Below the pieces are notes generated by a model. That model worked only from the letters and a program-made list of their open reading frames with translations, was not told where the DNA came from and did no database searches. Both the position numbers and the translations under genes were made by a program. A stretch of DNA of 64,000 nt from the human T2T-CHM13v2.0 reference genome, Homo sapiens: assembly GCF_009914755.1 (NCBI RefSeq), contig NC_060939.1. One strand, 5' to 3'. Shown piece after piece: positions 1 through 12,949 of the stretch. Each line of letters starts with the position of its first letter. Position 1 is the stretch's first letter.

Positions 1-1179
1 CTCAGCAAATTTCAGCACAAACTTTCCAGTAAGATATCGAATTCACCCCCAAACCCAGAATAAAACAGTCAACACTTGCAAACAAACAAGATGTGCCTAG
101 GTTTAACCTAATAAAGGTAGAGCCTCTTTGATTCAAACCTGCTCATAAAGTGGTAAGAAATCGATGAGGAGGAATCCGACAAACCAGCTAATAGTCTGAA
201 TAAGCTCTCCAGATGTGCTGCATTTTTTAGGCTCACCCCAGACTGTCATCAATGTTTCAACATTTAATGTTTGACTTCCTGCTTTCTTCTTGCCTGCCAC
301 AGAAGTTGAACTAAAGTTCCCCTCTTCAAAGACAATATCACACACATTTTTTTTTCTTTGTACTCTGATCCATGAGCATCTTAAGTAAGGTCTCCTTCAC
401 AGGTTGCAAGTCAATATCACAGAGGGGAAGCTGACACGTGAGTGCTGTCATATGTCAATCATTACCTTGCATTTCACACTGTGAGGTATGCATTGACTAT
501 TTTTACTTTGCTGCATTTCCTTCCTAAACTTCTCTGGTAAAGGGAGAGGGCACTTCTCTAAATACAAGGAATTTAAAAAGCGAAGGGGCTCTTTGCAAAG
601 GGAATTACAAAATTTCCCCACACTATCACCAATGACTTCCTACTCCTTTCTGAGACACCCCAGCATCTCTGTCCACAAAAGCTACACTGTTACCCAGCAA
701 CATCTTTATCCCCTTCATGAATCTCAAACTTCTTCCAGGATTTCGTTCCCAAAGTGTTCATCTATCAGCAGCACTGCAGTGAGAATGAGAAAATAATTTG
801 CAAATTGTGAGAGCTGAATCATGCCATAATGGAATTGACAGGGTAGGAGTAATTGAGGGGAAAAAAATGCTTTTTAAGAGATGTCACCAATTTTACTTTC
901 ATATTTTCCAGCTCTGAAGTTTCAGTGGGTCATGGTACGCAATGAGGAAGCCAAAAGTTTCACTGGCAATACTGGTTTCTCTCTGTTTCTGGAATAACTT
1001 ATGCATCTTTTGCCTTAGTTATCAGTGGATGGTGTTTATATGACCTGATCACAAAGTCTAGGAACGCATACAGCTTGAACTTTAAAAAGATAAATTTGTC
1101 CCCACGGCATATACTATAGACCTTAGTCAGCTGATCAGTTCTACAAAGCATACCTTTGTAAATGGTACATAAGATACTA

Positions 1180-1222
1180 TTAGGTTGGTGCAAATGTAAT
1201 TGGAGTTTTTGCCATGAAAAGT
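1180..1222 (+). mobile_element. Half MADE1 (Hsmar1-derived MITE), left arm only
   Basis: TA followed by TTAGGTTGGTGCAAATGTAATTGGAGTTTTTGCCATGAAAAGT matches the MADE1/Hsmar1 TIR. The sequence stops at the central spacer. Confidence 0.8.
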
Positions 1223-2041
1223 GCCTCTTGTGGTATCAGATGGGACAGCTTGATTGTGGCCAGGAGATCCACCTTAGATGTCTCATGCACGTGGCAAGTT
1301 AGTGCTGGCTGTCACCTGGGTGCTTTGTTGGGGCTGTCACCCTGTGTCTAGATTTCCCCCCAAATAGCCTCTCAATATGGCAAGGTGGGCTTCTCTCAGC
1401 ACGGTGGCTGGGTTCTGAGAGAGAGAGACTGTTCCAAGAGCCAGCAATCCATAAAAACATGACACAATGTGCAAACACTTATCAAGCTCCAGCTTACTTT
1501 ATATTAGTGCTAAAGTTTGGGTGTTTGTCCCTCCAAACCTCATGTTGACATTTGATCTCAGTGTTGGAGGTAGGAGCCTCATGGGAGGTGATTGACTCAC
1601 GGAGACAGATCCTTCATGAATGGTTTCGTGTCATCCTGGAGGTAGTGAGTGAGTTCTCACTCTTTTAATTTTCACAAGAGCCAGTTGTTAAAAAGAGCCT
1701 GGCACCTCCCAACGCTCTCTCTTGCTTCCTCTTTGCTATAAAATCTCTGCACATGCTGGCTCCTGCTCAACTTCCACCATTACTGGAAGTTTCCTGAAGC
1801 CCTCACTAGAAGCAGATGCTGGCCCCATCCTTCTTAGGAAGCCTGCAGAGCCATGAGCCAAATAAACCTCTTTCCTTTATAAATTACCCAGCCTCAGGTA
1901 CTAAATGGACTAAGACAATTAACATTACACAAAGCTAATAGTATGACCACGCCCTGAGCCAATGCAGAAGGAAACTACACAGGAATGTGGATATCAGAAG
2001 ATGTGGTTCATTGGGTTCCACTAAAGTAGCAATCTATCACC
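1223..2041 (-). mobile_element. Old MLT1-type MaLR LTR, split by an MST LTR
   Basis: MLT1-like motifs (CATGCACGTGGCAAGTTAGTGCTGGCTGTCACCTGGG; ...GCAATCTATCAC) occur on both sides of 1508-1917. Outer boundaries are approximate. Confidence 0.6.
1508..1917 (+). mobile_element. MSTB/MSTC-type MaLR solo LTR
   Basis: TG...CA termini. MST motifs include GTGTTGGAGGTAGG, AATAAACCTCTTTCCTTTATAAATTACCCAG and GGACTAAGACA. 5-bp TSD ATTAG/ATTAA. Confidence 0.85.
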
Positions 2042-2981
2042 AGAAGCATACTGACTTTGATCTGAACAGGGGCTCTGACTAGGGGCTTCCTTTGTAAACT
2101 TGAGAAAGTTTCTTGTCCTCTCTTCTCCTGTCTTTCCCATTCTGGAAAATAAGATTAACAAAATCTACCTCACATCTTTGATTAATTACTATAATTTCCA
2201 TATTTATGTGGGATTATGGTGTTTCTCTCTTTAAGAATCAGGTTAGTCAGAATGAATTCCTAATAAAAGGCATCATGGCTTGATGACTGTGTAATCCAAA
2301 GACACAGGGGCTGAGTCAGAGTGGCCACATCAACCTCTGACCCGGAGAACCCTGAGGTAACTGACTTTGAACTTTCTCAGGAAGAAAAACCGAGAAAGTT
2401 TTGAAAACACTTTCCAGGGTATTGACATAGAAGACTGACAACGTGAGAGTGCCAGGACTGAATGCAAAGATTATAATCTTAGGAGTAGACAAAAATTAAA
2501 TGTATAATAAATCTCACTCACACCTGCTGAGTGAATGCATCTCCTTAGTAAGTCAGTTGCTGCTAGCCTCCGTTTCTTCAATTCAAAAGTGAGATGTTGG
2601 GAATGCTTATGAAATGACCAGTGACCAAAAATAAAATCAAAATCCCAAAAGTTGCCAAATTGCCTGTATCTTCATTGTCTCGTTGTCTTTGGTTTAGGAT
2701 TGCAGCACATCTGTCCCATGCTCTGCTTTGGAATCAATCCCAAGTTCTATCCAGATCACGTAGTGCTCTGGGCACTTTCCTCTCTAAATTCAGGTTTCTT
2801 CCTGTAAAATGTGTAAGATGCTTAAATTCACTATGGAGTATTTTATACACTATTCAGTGTTTTATAAGTGAATGAGAATTTTTAATATTATCATTATTAT
2901 CGGTGATAGCATATAGATTCATGTATGGGAAAAAAGAGTGGAAAATAAAAAGCAGCGGCTTAATAATTTCCTGTCATTCTA

Positions 2982-3382
2982 AGATATGGTTTAGATCTGT
3001 GAACCTGTCCAGATCTCAGGCAGAATTGTAATCCCCAGTGTTGGAGGTGGGGCCTTGTGGGAGGTGATTGGACGATGGGGCAGTTTCTAATGGTTTGGCA
3101 CCCCCTCCCCTTGGTACCATATAGTGGGGGAGTTTTTGTGAGAACTGGTCATTTAAAAGTGTGTAGCATCTCCCCTGCCCCTCTTCTTCCTGCTCTGGCC
3201 ATGTAAGACATGTCTGCCTCTCCTTCACCTTCCACCATGATTGAAAGCTTCCTGAGGTCTCTCCAGCAGCCACCATGCTTCCTGTACAACCTGAGGAGCC
3301 GTGAGCCAATTAAACCTTTTGTCTTTACAAATTACCTGGTCTCAGATACTTCTTTATAGCAATGTGAGAATGAACTAATTCA
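2982..3382 (+). mobile_element. MSTA-type MaLR solo LTR
   Basis: GATATGGTTT...TGTAATCCCCAGTGTTGGAGGTGGGGCC...TTTATAGCAATGTGAGAATGAACTAAT. Confidence 0.85.
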
Positions 3383-3489
3383 CCCTGTTAGTCTAAGAGT
3401 CAACAGTTTTAACCAACATGACAACTCCACAGAGGTGGGCTCCCCACACTTTCTCTTGTTCTGTCAACCTGATATGTAGCTTTGCTCTC

Positions 3490-3770
3490 ATAGTTTGAGG
3501 TGACTGGCCCAGATTCCACGATGGTACATGCATTCCTGTCAGTGAGAAGTAGAAAGGGAAAGGTGAAAACAGGCCCAGAAATTGTTCACATCCCCCCCTG
3601 TATGCGCTTCCGTGGCTACAACGTAAGGATGTGGCCAAACTAAGCTTCAAAAGAGGTTGGAAAAATGCAATTTCAGCAGGTGTCTACCTGACTAGCTAAA
3701 ACCCAAAACTTCTATTACTAAAGAAAAAATGAAGTATGAATATGAAAGACAACCTTTAGACTGTTACTCA
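3490..3770 (-). mobile_element. Degraded MLT1K-like LTR fragment
   Basis: GGCCAAACTAAGCTTCAAAAGAGGTTGGAAAAATG...TCTATTACTAAAGAAAAA resembles old MLT1 LTRs. Boundaries approximate. Confidence 0.45.
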
Positions 3771-4058
3771 TGATCTATCATTGAATCTCTACTTTTCTGA
3801 ATATTATTTTATTGATCTCTTGAGAGACACTTTTACATGCCAGAAACCTCCTTCAAAGAAAGAGTAGAATACTTTGCCTTAGATACAATTAAATTCTAAA
3901 ATTTTGTTACAGTTTATTAAGGAAGCACACTTGCTCTACTTAGGTAGTATGTATTTTAAAGTTTTCTCAATGAGAAAGTCCTACATTTTAATAAACTGAA
4001 GAAGGTGTTTTGTGGGATAGGGGGTGGAAGGAGAGGTTGCAGAGAAAATAGCTTACTA

Positions 4059-4586
<528 letters not shown>

Positions 4587-5051
4587 GTTTATTAGCTGCA
4601 AAGCTTAATGTTCAACAGCAAGGAAAAGATCTGTCTCCCCTTAGAATCAAATTATTGAGGGAAACTCTCTGAGAGTTACCATTGTGATATATAAATTTAT
4701 CTCTGATTGCATTGACTGACCCATTAGAGCAAAGAGAATACCTGGTACACAGTGACCATTGTAACCTAGGTCACTTAGTCATTGACTGCAAATGAATAAA
4801 AATATCGTAATTCTTAGTATCCAAGATAAACTAGCTGTATACTTGGATCACACAATTTATAATCATAAAATTTAGAGGTAGAAGAGATGATGTTTCAGAT
4901 ATCCCCAGAACTTGCAACTTCTGTTACTCAATTACTTATCTATGAAATTGGGGATTTGAATATATTTAATTATCAATAAAGTTTCTTCCAGTTTTAGACT
5001 TTTTTGGATTCATTGTAAAATTTAGTACTATAAATTCCTTGAGAAGATGAG

Positions 5052-5720
5052 TTCATTCACTCACCTAACAAATATTTATTAGACAATTACAAAGGCTTAG
5101 GCATTGTTAATTTTTTTGATGTAACAGCCATGGAATAACATTGAACAGATTTTTGGTCTCATGAAGCTTCTATCCTAATAGGAGAGAGAAGGAAGGAAGG
5201 AAGAAAGGAAGGAAGGAAGGGAGGGAGGAAGGAAGGGAGGGAGGGAAAAGAAGGAAGGACGAAGGAAAGTAGGATGGAAAGACAGAAAAAAGAAAGAAGG
5301 AAGGAGAAAGAGAGAAGAAGAAATCAGATAGTAATAAGTGCTATGCAAAGAATTAAAATAGGGTGTATGAAGTCAGAGAAAGTCTATTTAAGGAGATTAC
5401 ATTTAAACCTCTAGATGTAAATAACACACAGGAGTTTGTTTTTTGTTTCATTTTTTATTTTTTGCAGTTCAAGTGATGCTAAGAAGGAAGATCATCATAG
5501 GCAAAGGGACCAGCTAACAGCAAGGACCTGGGCAAGTTCAAGAAGCAGAAAATGTTCCAAAGGAAATGTGATATAGTTGGTGGGACAAGAGTGGCGCCAA
5601 AGGAGGCTGGAAATGCAGGTTACAACCAGTTAACAGAGAAGCTTGTAATCCATGGTAAAGAGTTTAGACTCTATTTTAAACCCAACAGAAAATCACTAGG
5701 GGAGTTTTAAGCAGGGAGCG
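5052..5720 (-). mobile_element. L2 3' fragment containing a GA-rich tract
   Basis: TTCATTCACTCACCTAACAAATATTTATT (reverse L2 tail), ATAAGTGCTATGCAAAGAA, GGAGTTTTAAGCAGGGA. Confidence 0.7.
5180..5323. repeat. Purine-rich (GGAA)n/(GGGA)n low-complexity tract
   Basis: Directly visible in the sequence. Confidence 0.9.
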
Positions 5721-5789
5721 TATTGAGTAGACCGAGGAACAAATGATAAAAATAGAAAAAAAAATAGTGTCTTCAAACTGTTTTACACA

Positions 5790-6665
5790 GTTTAGGGCAT
5801 TTGCTACAGTACAGAAATAATTCCAGAAGAAAATGTTGCCATAAGAAAAAAATTAAGGTAAAAGGCATTGACATAATGGTTGGGCACTGAGGAACCTGAT
5901 AACAGAGAGGAGAAAGATGGAGATTCATGCTATACATTGCGAAACATTTGGTAAAAAGGTCTACTGACCTTTGGGCCAGTTGGTTGGAAAAATTTATGCA
6001 TTAGTTACTACTGGCTGCCTTTCATAAAGTATTACAAGAAAGAGATGAGCTCAGGCAAGAATTGGCCATTTGCAAGCAGAGGCCTGTTTATAAAAAGAAC
6101 TGAGAGATCACAGACCTTTCAGGGTTGGATAAGCCAGCTGACTTGAAATGGGGTTGAAAGCTTCCATCTAGGCCTGACCAACAGGTTTGTACAACAGTTA
6201 GCAATCCTGGGCTTTGCCTGGGCTTTGTGTAAGAAGACAAGGCGGAGCTGGATATTGGCTGACCAAAAAGGTGGACTGTGTCAGAGACTAGGTAGTTGCT
6301 TGCCAAAGCAGTTTTCTCTTCATTCTTAGACTCTCTTGCAGTTTGGTGTGAAGTTTAGCTGTAAAATGTAATAAAAAAGTGAGTCACCTCTAAAACTGTC
6401 CATGGGACACTCCCATGGATGATCCTCCGTGTTCTCTTGAGCACTAATTGGGACAGGAATGGTGATCTTGGAAACGATATGTTCAAGATGGTAGAACAAC
6501 AGCTATAGAACTCAGGTCCCTGAAACGCCACAGGGAGAAGAGCCCCAGCTGATCAGGGATACCCATTTTCAATTTGAAATGAGTGAGAAATACACTTTTA
6601 TTGTGTGTGATTGTGTTACAGCCATCATATATTTGGGGGGTTTTTACATCTTTACCTTACCTGGA
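5790..6665 (+). mobile_element. MLT1 internal fragment (~5790-6085) plus MLT1J-like LTR (~6285-6665)
   Basis: Internal-like: GAAAGAGATGAGCTCAGGCAAGAATTGGCC. LTR-like: GTTCAAGATGGTAGAAC..., TGAGTGAGAAATACACTTTTATTGTGT. Confidence 0.55.
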
Positions 6666-7749
6666 ATTTCCTTCATTAACACATGGGATGTGGAGCAGGT
6701 TGGGGAAGGGGCAGAAGTCTTTGTGCCGTTTTCCTTTGTGTTTTTTCATGGTAAGTTCTAGATCTCAGACAAGCATAAAGCCACATAAGCACTTGCCATG
6801 TCTAAGTGCAGGGTTCCAGGAGGACATCAGGGGTGAAAATTTGGAAGTCACTGGAACCTAGATGATATTTACACCCATGGGACAAGTTTATAGTTAAGAG
6901 AACGTAGCCCAGGGCTAATCCAGGAGCAGTCACCACTTAGGAGTCAGAAAAAAAGAAGGAGCCAGAGGAAAAAAAAAAGGTGGGGGGGTGGGGGGCAGGA
7001 AGCACCGTCCAGGGAGGGAGGAGGAAAATCAGGAGTGAGTGACATTACCAAAGGTGAATCTCGCCTAAATACAAATTCCTGTTGAGGTTTCCAAAATACA
7101 CATCACCCGAGGGGTCTCTCTGAGAGGTAACCCCTGGGATAGAATGTCAAAGTTTATTTCCACAGAAATCCACTGTAAAGGAAACCTCCATCTCAGTAGA
7201 CCGCACACCTGTGTTTTCTGAAGTCCTTCTCTCAAGGGGATAGTGAGTCAGAAAATTTGAATTTAATGCTTCATTTTGCAATCTCCTGAGTACCAATGGG
7301 GCTACATAAACAACCTTTTCCTGTAACCTCAGACCATACATCCAGTTCTCACTCACTCTTGTCACCCACACACGCTGACAGGTTTCCTCCCACTACAGGT
7401 TTGAATGAAAAAGCAGGTGAGCAGGAGAAAAGCGCAGAGGTCCCCACTATGAGAATTTCACAGGCAAAGCACTCAGTCTTACATATTTGCAAAGAGGACA
7501 CAACAGAAATGAAATAATCATGCTCATATTTTCTTCACATTCAAAGGATGCTGCTCAAAGGGCAGCTACTTTCTGTAGTTAGGGACTACAAAGGCCAGGC
7601 CAGAGCACAGAGACACAAGAGAACTTTCTGGATGATTTCAACCTGGGTTGTGGGTCATTTTTCAGAAAGTGTCTGGGCAATAATGTATTCATTGTTGGAG
7701 GAATAACATTTCCCTGAATGAAGATGATCCTTTAACTACTTATTTTACC

Positions 7750-8215
7750 ATGTTAAGTGTCAGTCTAAGTAGCTGTAACAAACAGCCTTCAAAATTCAGT
7801 GGACTAAATAAAATAGTTTATTTTTCTCTCTCACCTTTATCTAAGAGTTTGCCAGTGAGTCATCTTTCCAGGCTGATGGAGTAGCTCTTTTATCCTAAAT
7901 CTTTCATATCAGAATCCAAGGTGGGTAGTCTGATTCTCTTCATTTCTTCACCAAAAGGAAATGAAAAGGAGAAAAAGTGGACAACAAGTAGTATCTTTAA
8001 AGGAAATTACATTAAAATTAGACACGTCACTTCTGCTCACGTTCCATTGGCAAGAACTCAATCATACTTCTAGCTGCAAGGGAGGCTGTGAAATGTTAGT
8101 TCAGCCTGAAAGTCAAGTGCTCTGATAAAAGTCACATGTTGTTTATAGGACGAAGCTTCTATTATAAAAAGGTCAGGACAATGGATTCTGGGGGGAAATT
8201 AACAGCCTATGACAT
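7750..8215 (-). mobile_element. MLT1J/K-like MaLR LTR
   Basis: GCTGTAACAAACAGCCTTCAAAATTCAGTGG; TCACTTCTGCTCACGTTCCATTGGCAAGAAC; CTAGCTGCAAGGGAGGCTG. Confidence 0.7.
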
Positions 8216-8724
8216 GATATCCAAAACAAGATCTGAGGTATAGAGTCACAAAGTGGACTGCAAGATGAGGATTGCTTTTAGACTTCCATTCTCCCAACCT
8301 CAAGCTCCAGGCTGTCATCTTCTAACTTCTTTTCTCTTGTCAGGCTGCCTATGGTAGTCTTTTGAAATTGACCTTAACGGTATAAACATATTTAGGGAAA
8401 CCCATGATTTGTGTTAACCCTGAAAGTCCCTGCATCTCAGGCTTATGAGAGAAACAAAAATATAGCTTGCTTTATGTGAGACACTCTGTTCAAGGGATGA
8501 AGACGTTTGTGGGAGTTGATCTAATCAGCAGAACAAAGTCTAACTGTCAAAGAAGAAACAAGTGAACCTTACACTTCAGTGTTCTCACACTGGCCCCTTC
8601 CTAGGCTCTAGGAGAAGCCATAGGAATGTGGTCAGAGGGTCTTGTCAGTGTTTAAATGTGTCAATATGAGGAAAATTCATTTTAGTTGTTTAAGACTATC
8701 ATATCTTTGTGGCGGCAAGCCTGT

Positions 8725-8752
8725 GGGGGCGGGGGGCGGGGGCGGGGGGCGG
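8725..8752 (+). other. G-quadruplex-forming / GC-box repeat G5-C-G6-C-G5-C-G6-C-GG
   Basis: Four G-runs of 5-6 with 1-nt loops. Contains overlapping GGGCGG motifs. Confidence 0.75.
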
Positions 8753-9112
8753 TCTTGATTGTTTTAGTCTTTCCAAATGTCATCTCCAGGATGAAGCAGT
8801 TTTTTCTCTGCACCATAGCAGTCAGTGTCTGCTTCTTATGCTGTGAATGTGCTTGTCTTTCTCTCCCAGTGGTAAGCTACCAGAGGGCAGATGGGGATTT
8901 TCTTATTTGTTTTTTAATACTTGCAGATTTGATAGTGTCTGATACTGAGTAGGTGCTTGCTCATAAACATCCAACAGCATAGCTCCCAGAATAGGATCTG
9001 AGACTTCATACAGCACTCAAGTCTTCATTTTCATTTTTTGTTGAATTTCACTTAAATATTCACTTTCCCCCACCAACTGGTTGACTTAAAACCTCGAATG
9101 TCTATTACTACA

Positions 9113-10218
9113 TATAAGAGGCAGAATATTGGCCCCAAAGCAGTCTACATCTCAATGCCTGGAACCTAGGAATGTGTTCCCTTACATGACAAAGGACTGC
9201 AGGTAGAATTAAGACTGCTGTAGTTGACCTTCATATAAGAAAATTATCTTGGGTCATACCAGTAGGCCCAGTGTGCGAAGCTGAAAGAGCCAACCCCTCA
9301 AGATGGATCCTGAGTGGCTAGCTGGGCCTGAATTTAAAATGGAGCCAAGCAGCCAATTGCTGACTAGAGGTCACCCACATACTCTGGCTCCTGAAGAAAC
9401 CACATGCTCTTGTAACTTTGGGACTTTTATACCTGTCTGTTCCTGTTTATGCCACCTCAATCAATGGCAGCCAGAAAGCCCCATCTCATCACTTGGACCT
9501 AAATAATAGACTGTGACCTGCTTCGACCAATCAGAACAAAACAAGCTTCAACCAATCTGAACTAAACAAGCTTGCATCCCTCATTTGCATGGTGGACCAG
9601 AGTGGAAACCTGGGTGGGAACTTTCTCTGTAAAATTCAACCCCTCTTTTTATTCTCTCAGAACACACTTTGGTTTTATGTGGAAGGCTGCATCTCCTCAT
9701 AAGCAAACTGCTTGATGAAATAAAGCCTCTTTCTTTTTTAAGAAAAATCCTTTTCGGTGTATATTGAATATGTTCCCTTCTATGACAAAGAGGATTTAAG
9801 GTTGCAGGTGGAATTAAGAGTGCTATTTTGCTGACCTTAACATAGAAAGATTATCCTGAATTATCCCAGTAGACCCAGTGTAATCACAAGGATACCTAAA
9901 GTGAAAGAGGAAATCAGAAAAAAGGCCCAGAGAGATGGCAGCATGGAAAAATGACTGCACCCAAAATTGCTAATTTTGAGGATGGAGGAAGGGGCCACAA
10001 GCCAAGGAATACAGACAGCTTCTTAAAACTGGGAAAGTCAAGGAAACAGATTATCCCCAAGAGCCTCCAAAAGGGACACAGCTCTGCTGACACTTTAATT
10101 TTAGCCCAGTGAGACCTATTTTGAAACTGACCTCTGTAACTGTTAGATAGTAAATTAGTGCTGTGTTAAGCCACTACATTTGTGTAATTTGTTACATCAG
10201 CAGTAGGAAACTAATATG
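9113..10218 (+). mobile_element. MLT1D MaLR LTR interrupted by an ERV1 LTR
   Basis: AGGCAGAATATTGGCCCCAAAG; GGGCCACAAGCCAAGGAAT; TTTTAGCCCAGTGAGACC; GCAGTAGGAAACTAAT. Confidence 0.85.
9274..9765 (+). mobile_element. ERV1 solo LTR, MER67-like
   Basis: TGAAAGAGCC..CAAGATGGATCCTGAGTGGCTA, repeated ACCAATC boxes, octamer ATTTGCAT, and AATAAA near the 3' end. Subfamily name from memory. Confidence 0.7.
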
Positions 10219-11539
10219 ATAAGCCTATGTAATATAAGTTCTTATTCAACTATGAATCGTACCTCAGAGTATGGCATTTATTGGAATCAGTTTTGAAAAT
10301 ACTTTTGAAATTAGTATAAGGGAAATAACTCTTAGTTTACCGGACAGTTTTCCCTTTGAGAGAAGCCTGGGCCTGCTCATAATTCAGTAGGCTTTGAATC
10401 CAGCAAGAACCCCCAAAGAGTTTTGCCTAACTCAATGAGAGAAAAAAGCCCCAATGGGTTGTAAGACTCAGCTAAATAACCTAAATAATCAAGTGCTCAT
10501 TTGATGTCTTTCACTTTGTAAGCTTCCACTTGCTAATACTGCCTTGGGTTTGGTGTGTTGAGTATTTACATCCTCAGAAAGTCAAAACATCAGGAAAATA
10601 ACATTTTCTAAGCTTGATATCCTGGATATTAATCAATGACAATAGATCTTTGGAGATGTGTACACTAACAAAATCTCTTCCCAAAGTCAAAAATCTTATT
10701 TAAGAGTGGGTCATTATATAAATAGTTTCTTGAAAAATTTCTACCTTGGGATATACATCTTCATTGTACCATGCCATTCAAAACAATAGTAGATAAGTTA
10801 TCACAGCTTTTTAAAAAAAGTGTGTGTAGGGTAATTTTTTAGCTATTGAAAGGATGAATTTAGGAAGATTTTCTCTTACACTTGAGTGGGTTGCCTTTGC
10901 TCTTTCCACAGTCGTCTCTAAGGATTTTAACAAAAGCAATAAGAAAAAGACTGATAAGACTGGCATCTAAGGAAGATCTCTCGGCCTTCTAATGAGAGGA
11001 TATATCAAAAAGAGTGAGACAAAAAACAAGCAGAGTTAAAAGGTTGTAAAAACAGCCGCAGTAGCTACCAAGACGGGATACCCACGCCCTGGCACACTTT
11101 GCTGTCTCCAAGGAAACGGAACTATTTCCTGATCTCGACACACACTTATTGTGCATATTGTCTTTCATTGTATTAGACTGAAAGCTTTTCATGGATAAGA
11201 TAATAAGCCTGATTTACCTACATTTCTATTTTATGTGCCAAAGTTACTACGAATGTGAGCAATACTACTGATCTCGGTTTTATTTTAAAGTGATTAGTAT
11301 TTGCAGATTTGTGTCAATTTACATATTTATGGGGATGGTCATTTCAATCCTTTGGCTAGCCTGGAAATCCAAAGTAGAGTGGCAGATAAGAAAGGAAAGA
11401 ACAGGAGAAAAAAAAAAGTAAACAAACGAACAAGGTTTTACTCAATTCTTCAGTCTTCCCAAGCCCTTTGGTTTTCCCACCTCTCTCCTGCACAGTTAGT
11501 AATACTTGACATTTATAGAGCTGCTTTCCAAACAAAGAC

Positions 11540-11950
11540 CCCGGAAGGTTTAATGCACTGTGCTAGCAGGCAGAAGGGGAATGACTCACCCGCCGGGTGC
11601 AGGGCGCCACCTCTAGTGTAGAATGCGGCAGCTGGGACACAGCTGGTGGGTAATGAGTGCCTGGCGATGGCTCAGAACAGGAAGTGAAAAAGAAATCCAG
11701 GGTCTGGTGAAAGCTTCAAGGGAAACAGGAGGCAGCAGCGTGAAACACACCGGCATGTTGCTGCGGTGTCAGTCCCGCAAAACATTCAGACCCCCTTCTC
11801 AAGGGCAGAGGGAGGCATTTTCCAGCCTAGCGTAGCAAAGCATCGGTGGTCAGGAACTGGGTCTTCCTAATCAGCCCTGCCAAGTTGGAAGAGCGGCAGC
11901 TTAAAGAGATGGGAGCGCCATCCCTTGAAATGGCGGAAACAGGAAGCGGA
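11540..11950. promoter_or_regulatory. Candidate cis-regulatory element (CTCF + AP-1 + ETS/IRF)
   Basis: Local CpG/GC enrichment. TGACTCA at 11582-11588; GCGCCACCTCTAGTG (CTCF-like, minus) at 11604-11618; GGAAGTGAAA at 11680-11689; further CCGGAAG and ACAGGAAG motifs. Confidence 0.55.
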
Positions 11951-12949
11951 GATGCCTCTGCTGTGGGGGACCGTGCCTTGGGTGGTGGGAACAGAAAAGA
12001 GGGACTGTCTTCCCACTGTACCTCAGTGTGCAGTATTGTACCCAGCAGATGAGGACAAAAACCATCACTTTTCACTTAAGGGTTTAAAATTAACCTTTGG
12101 TCAGTTCCAAATATTTTAAAGATTAGTTTCCTGGAGAGTTTGTCTCATGCCTGGAGGATTGAAACACTCTTTTCAATTTGTTCACTTTTGACATTTTTAG
12201 TGCATCTCCTTAAATTATATCCAGGCATGGAAATAAATGAGGATGAAGGCTCCAGGGCTTTCTGGTTTTGTTGCTATTCTTAGCAAAAGGTTTGAAGAAA
12301 ATAAAGGGGCAAAATACTTCTGGTTCATCTGGGCCTGTGGAGCCCTTTGTGCTGATGCAAAGTTAATAGTAACTGTGATAAAATCGCTACAAATATGATA
12401 AATGTGAAGCCAACAAGAAGTCAAGAGTCACTGCTCTGAGATGACAGGCTCGGAGCAGGGTATGTGATGGAATGAAGTTTAAGCTCAGCTTAGGGATCTT
12501 TTCTTGAAGAGAGAGCAAATAAGGTTTCAGCGTGCATGCCATGTTAAGAAGGATTCTGAGACCACAGCTAACAGACTCAGCCCAAAGAACGACATGCAGA
12601 GGGGTGGACAGAGGCACTGTGCATCTGCAACCTCAGTGGGAACACGAGAACGGAGACAGACATGGTTGCGGGTCATTTTTCTGAAACGCGTTATGGGCAG
12701 TTTCCTGAATTTAAAAGAAAAAACTTCTTATAATGTGACTCTAGGGTATGCAGAGTTTTTCTGGGACCCCCATAGTCAGCCCTTGAGATGAAGATGAAGA
12801 CTCTTCAGCCTACCCCCTTGTATTGAGCCCCATTCTCTGAGACACTCACTGTAGGTACCTGGAACATCAGGGGTTCTATGAGTTAACGTGATCTGGGCTT
12901 GTTAGCAGTGTGGATTCTTTGAACCGGCCTCTGGGAGTGGAGCTGAGGA

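Noticed and set aside
133-345. 70-aa minus-strand ORF with exon-like ends
   Set aside because: Non-ATG start, weak splice sites and no recognisable protein similarity.
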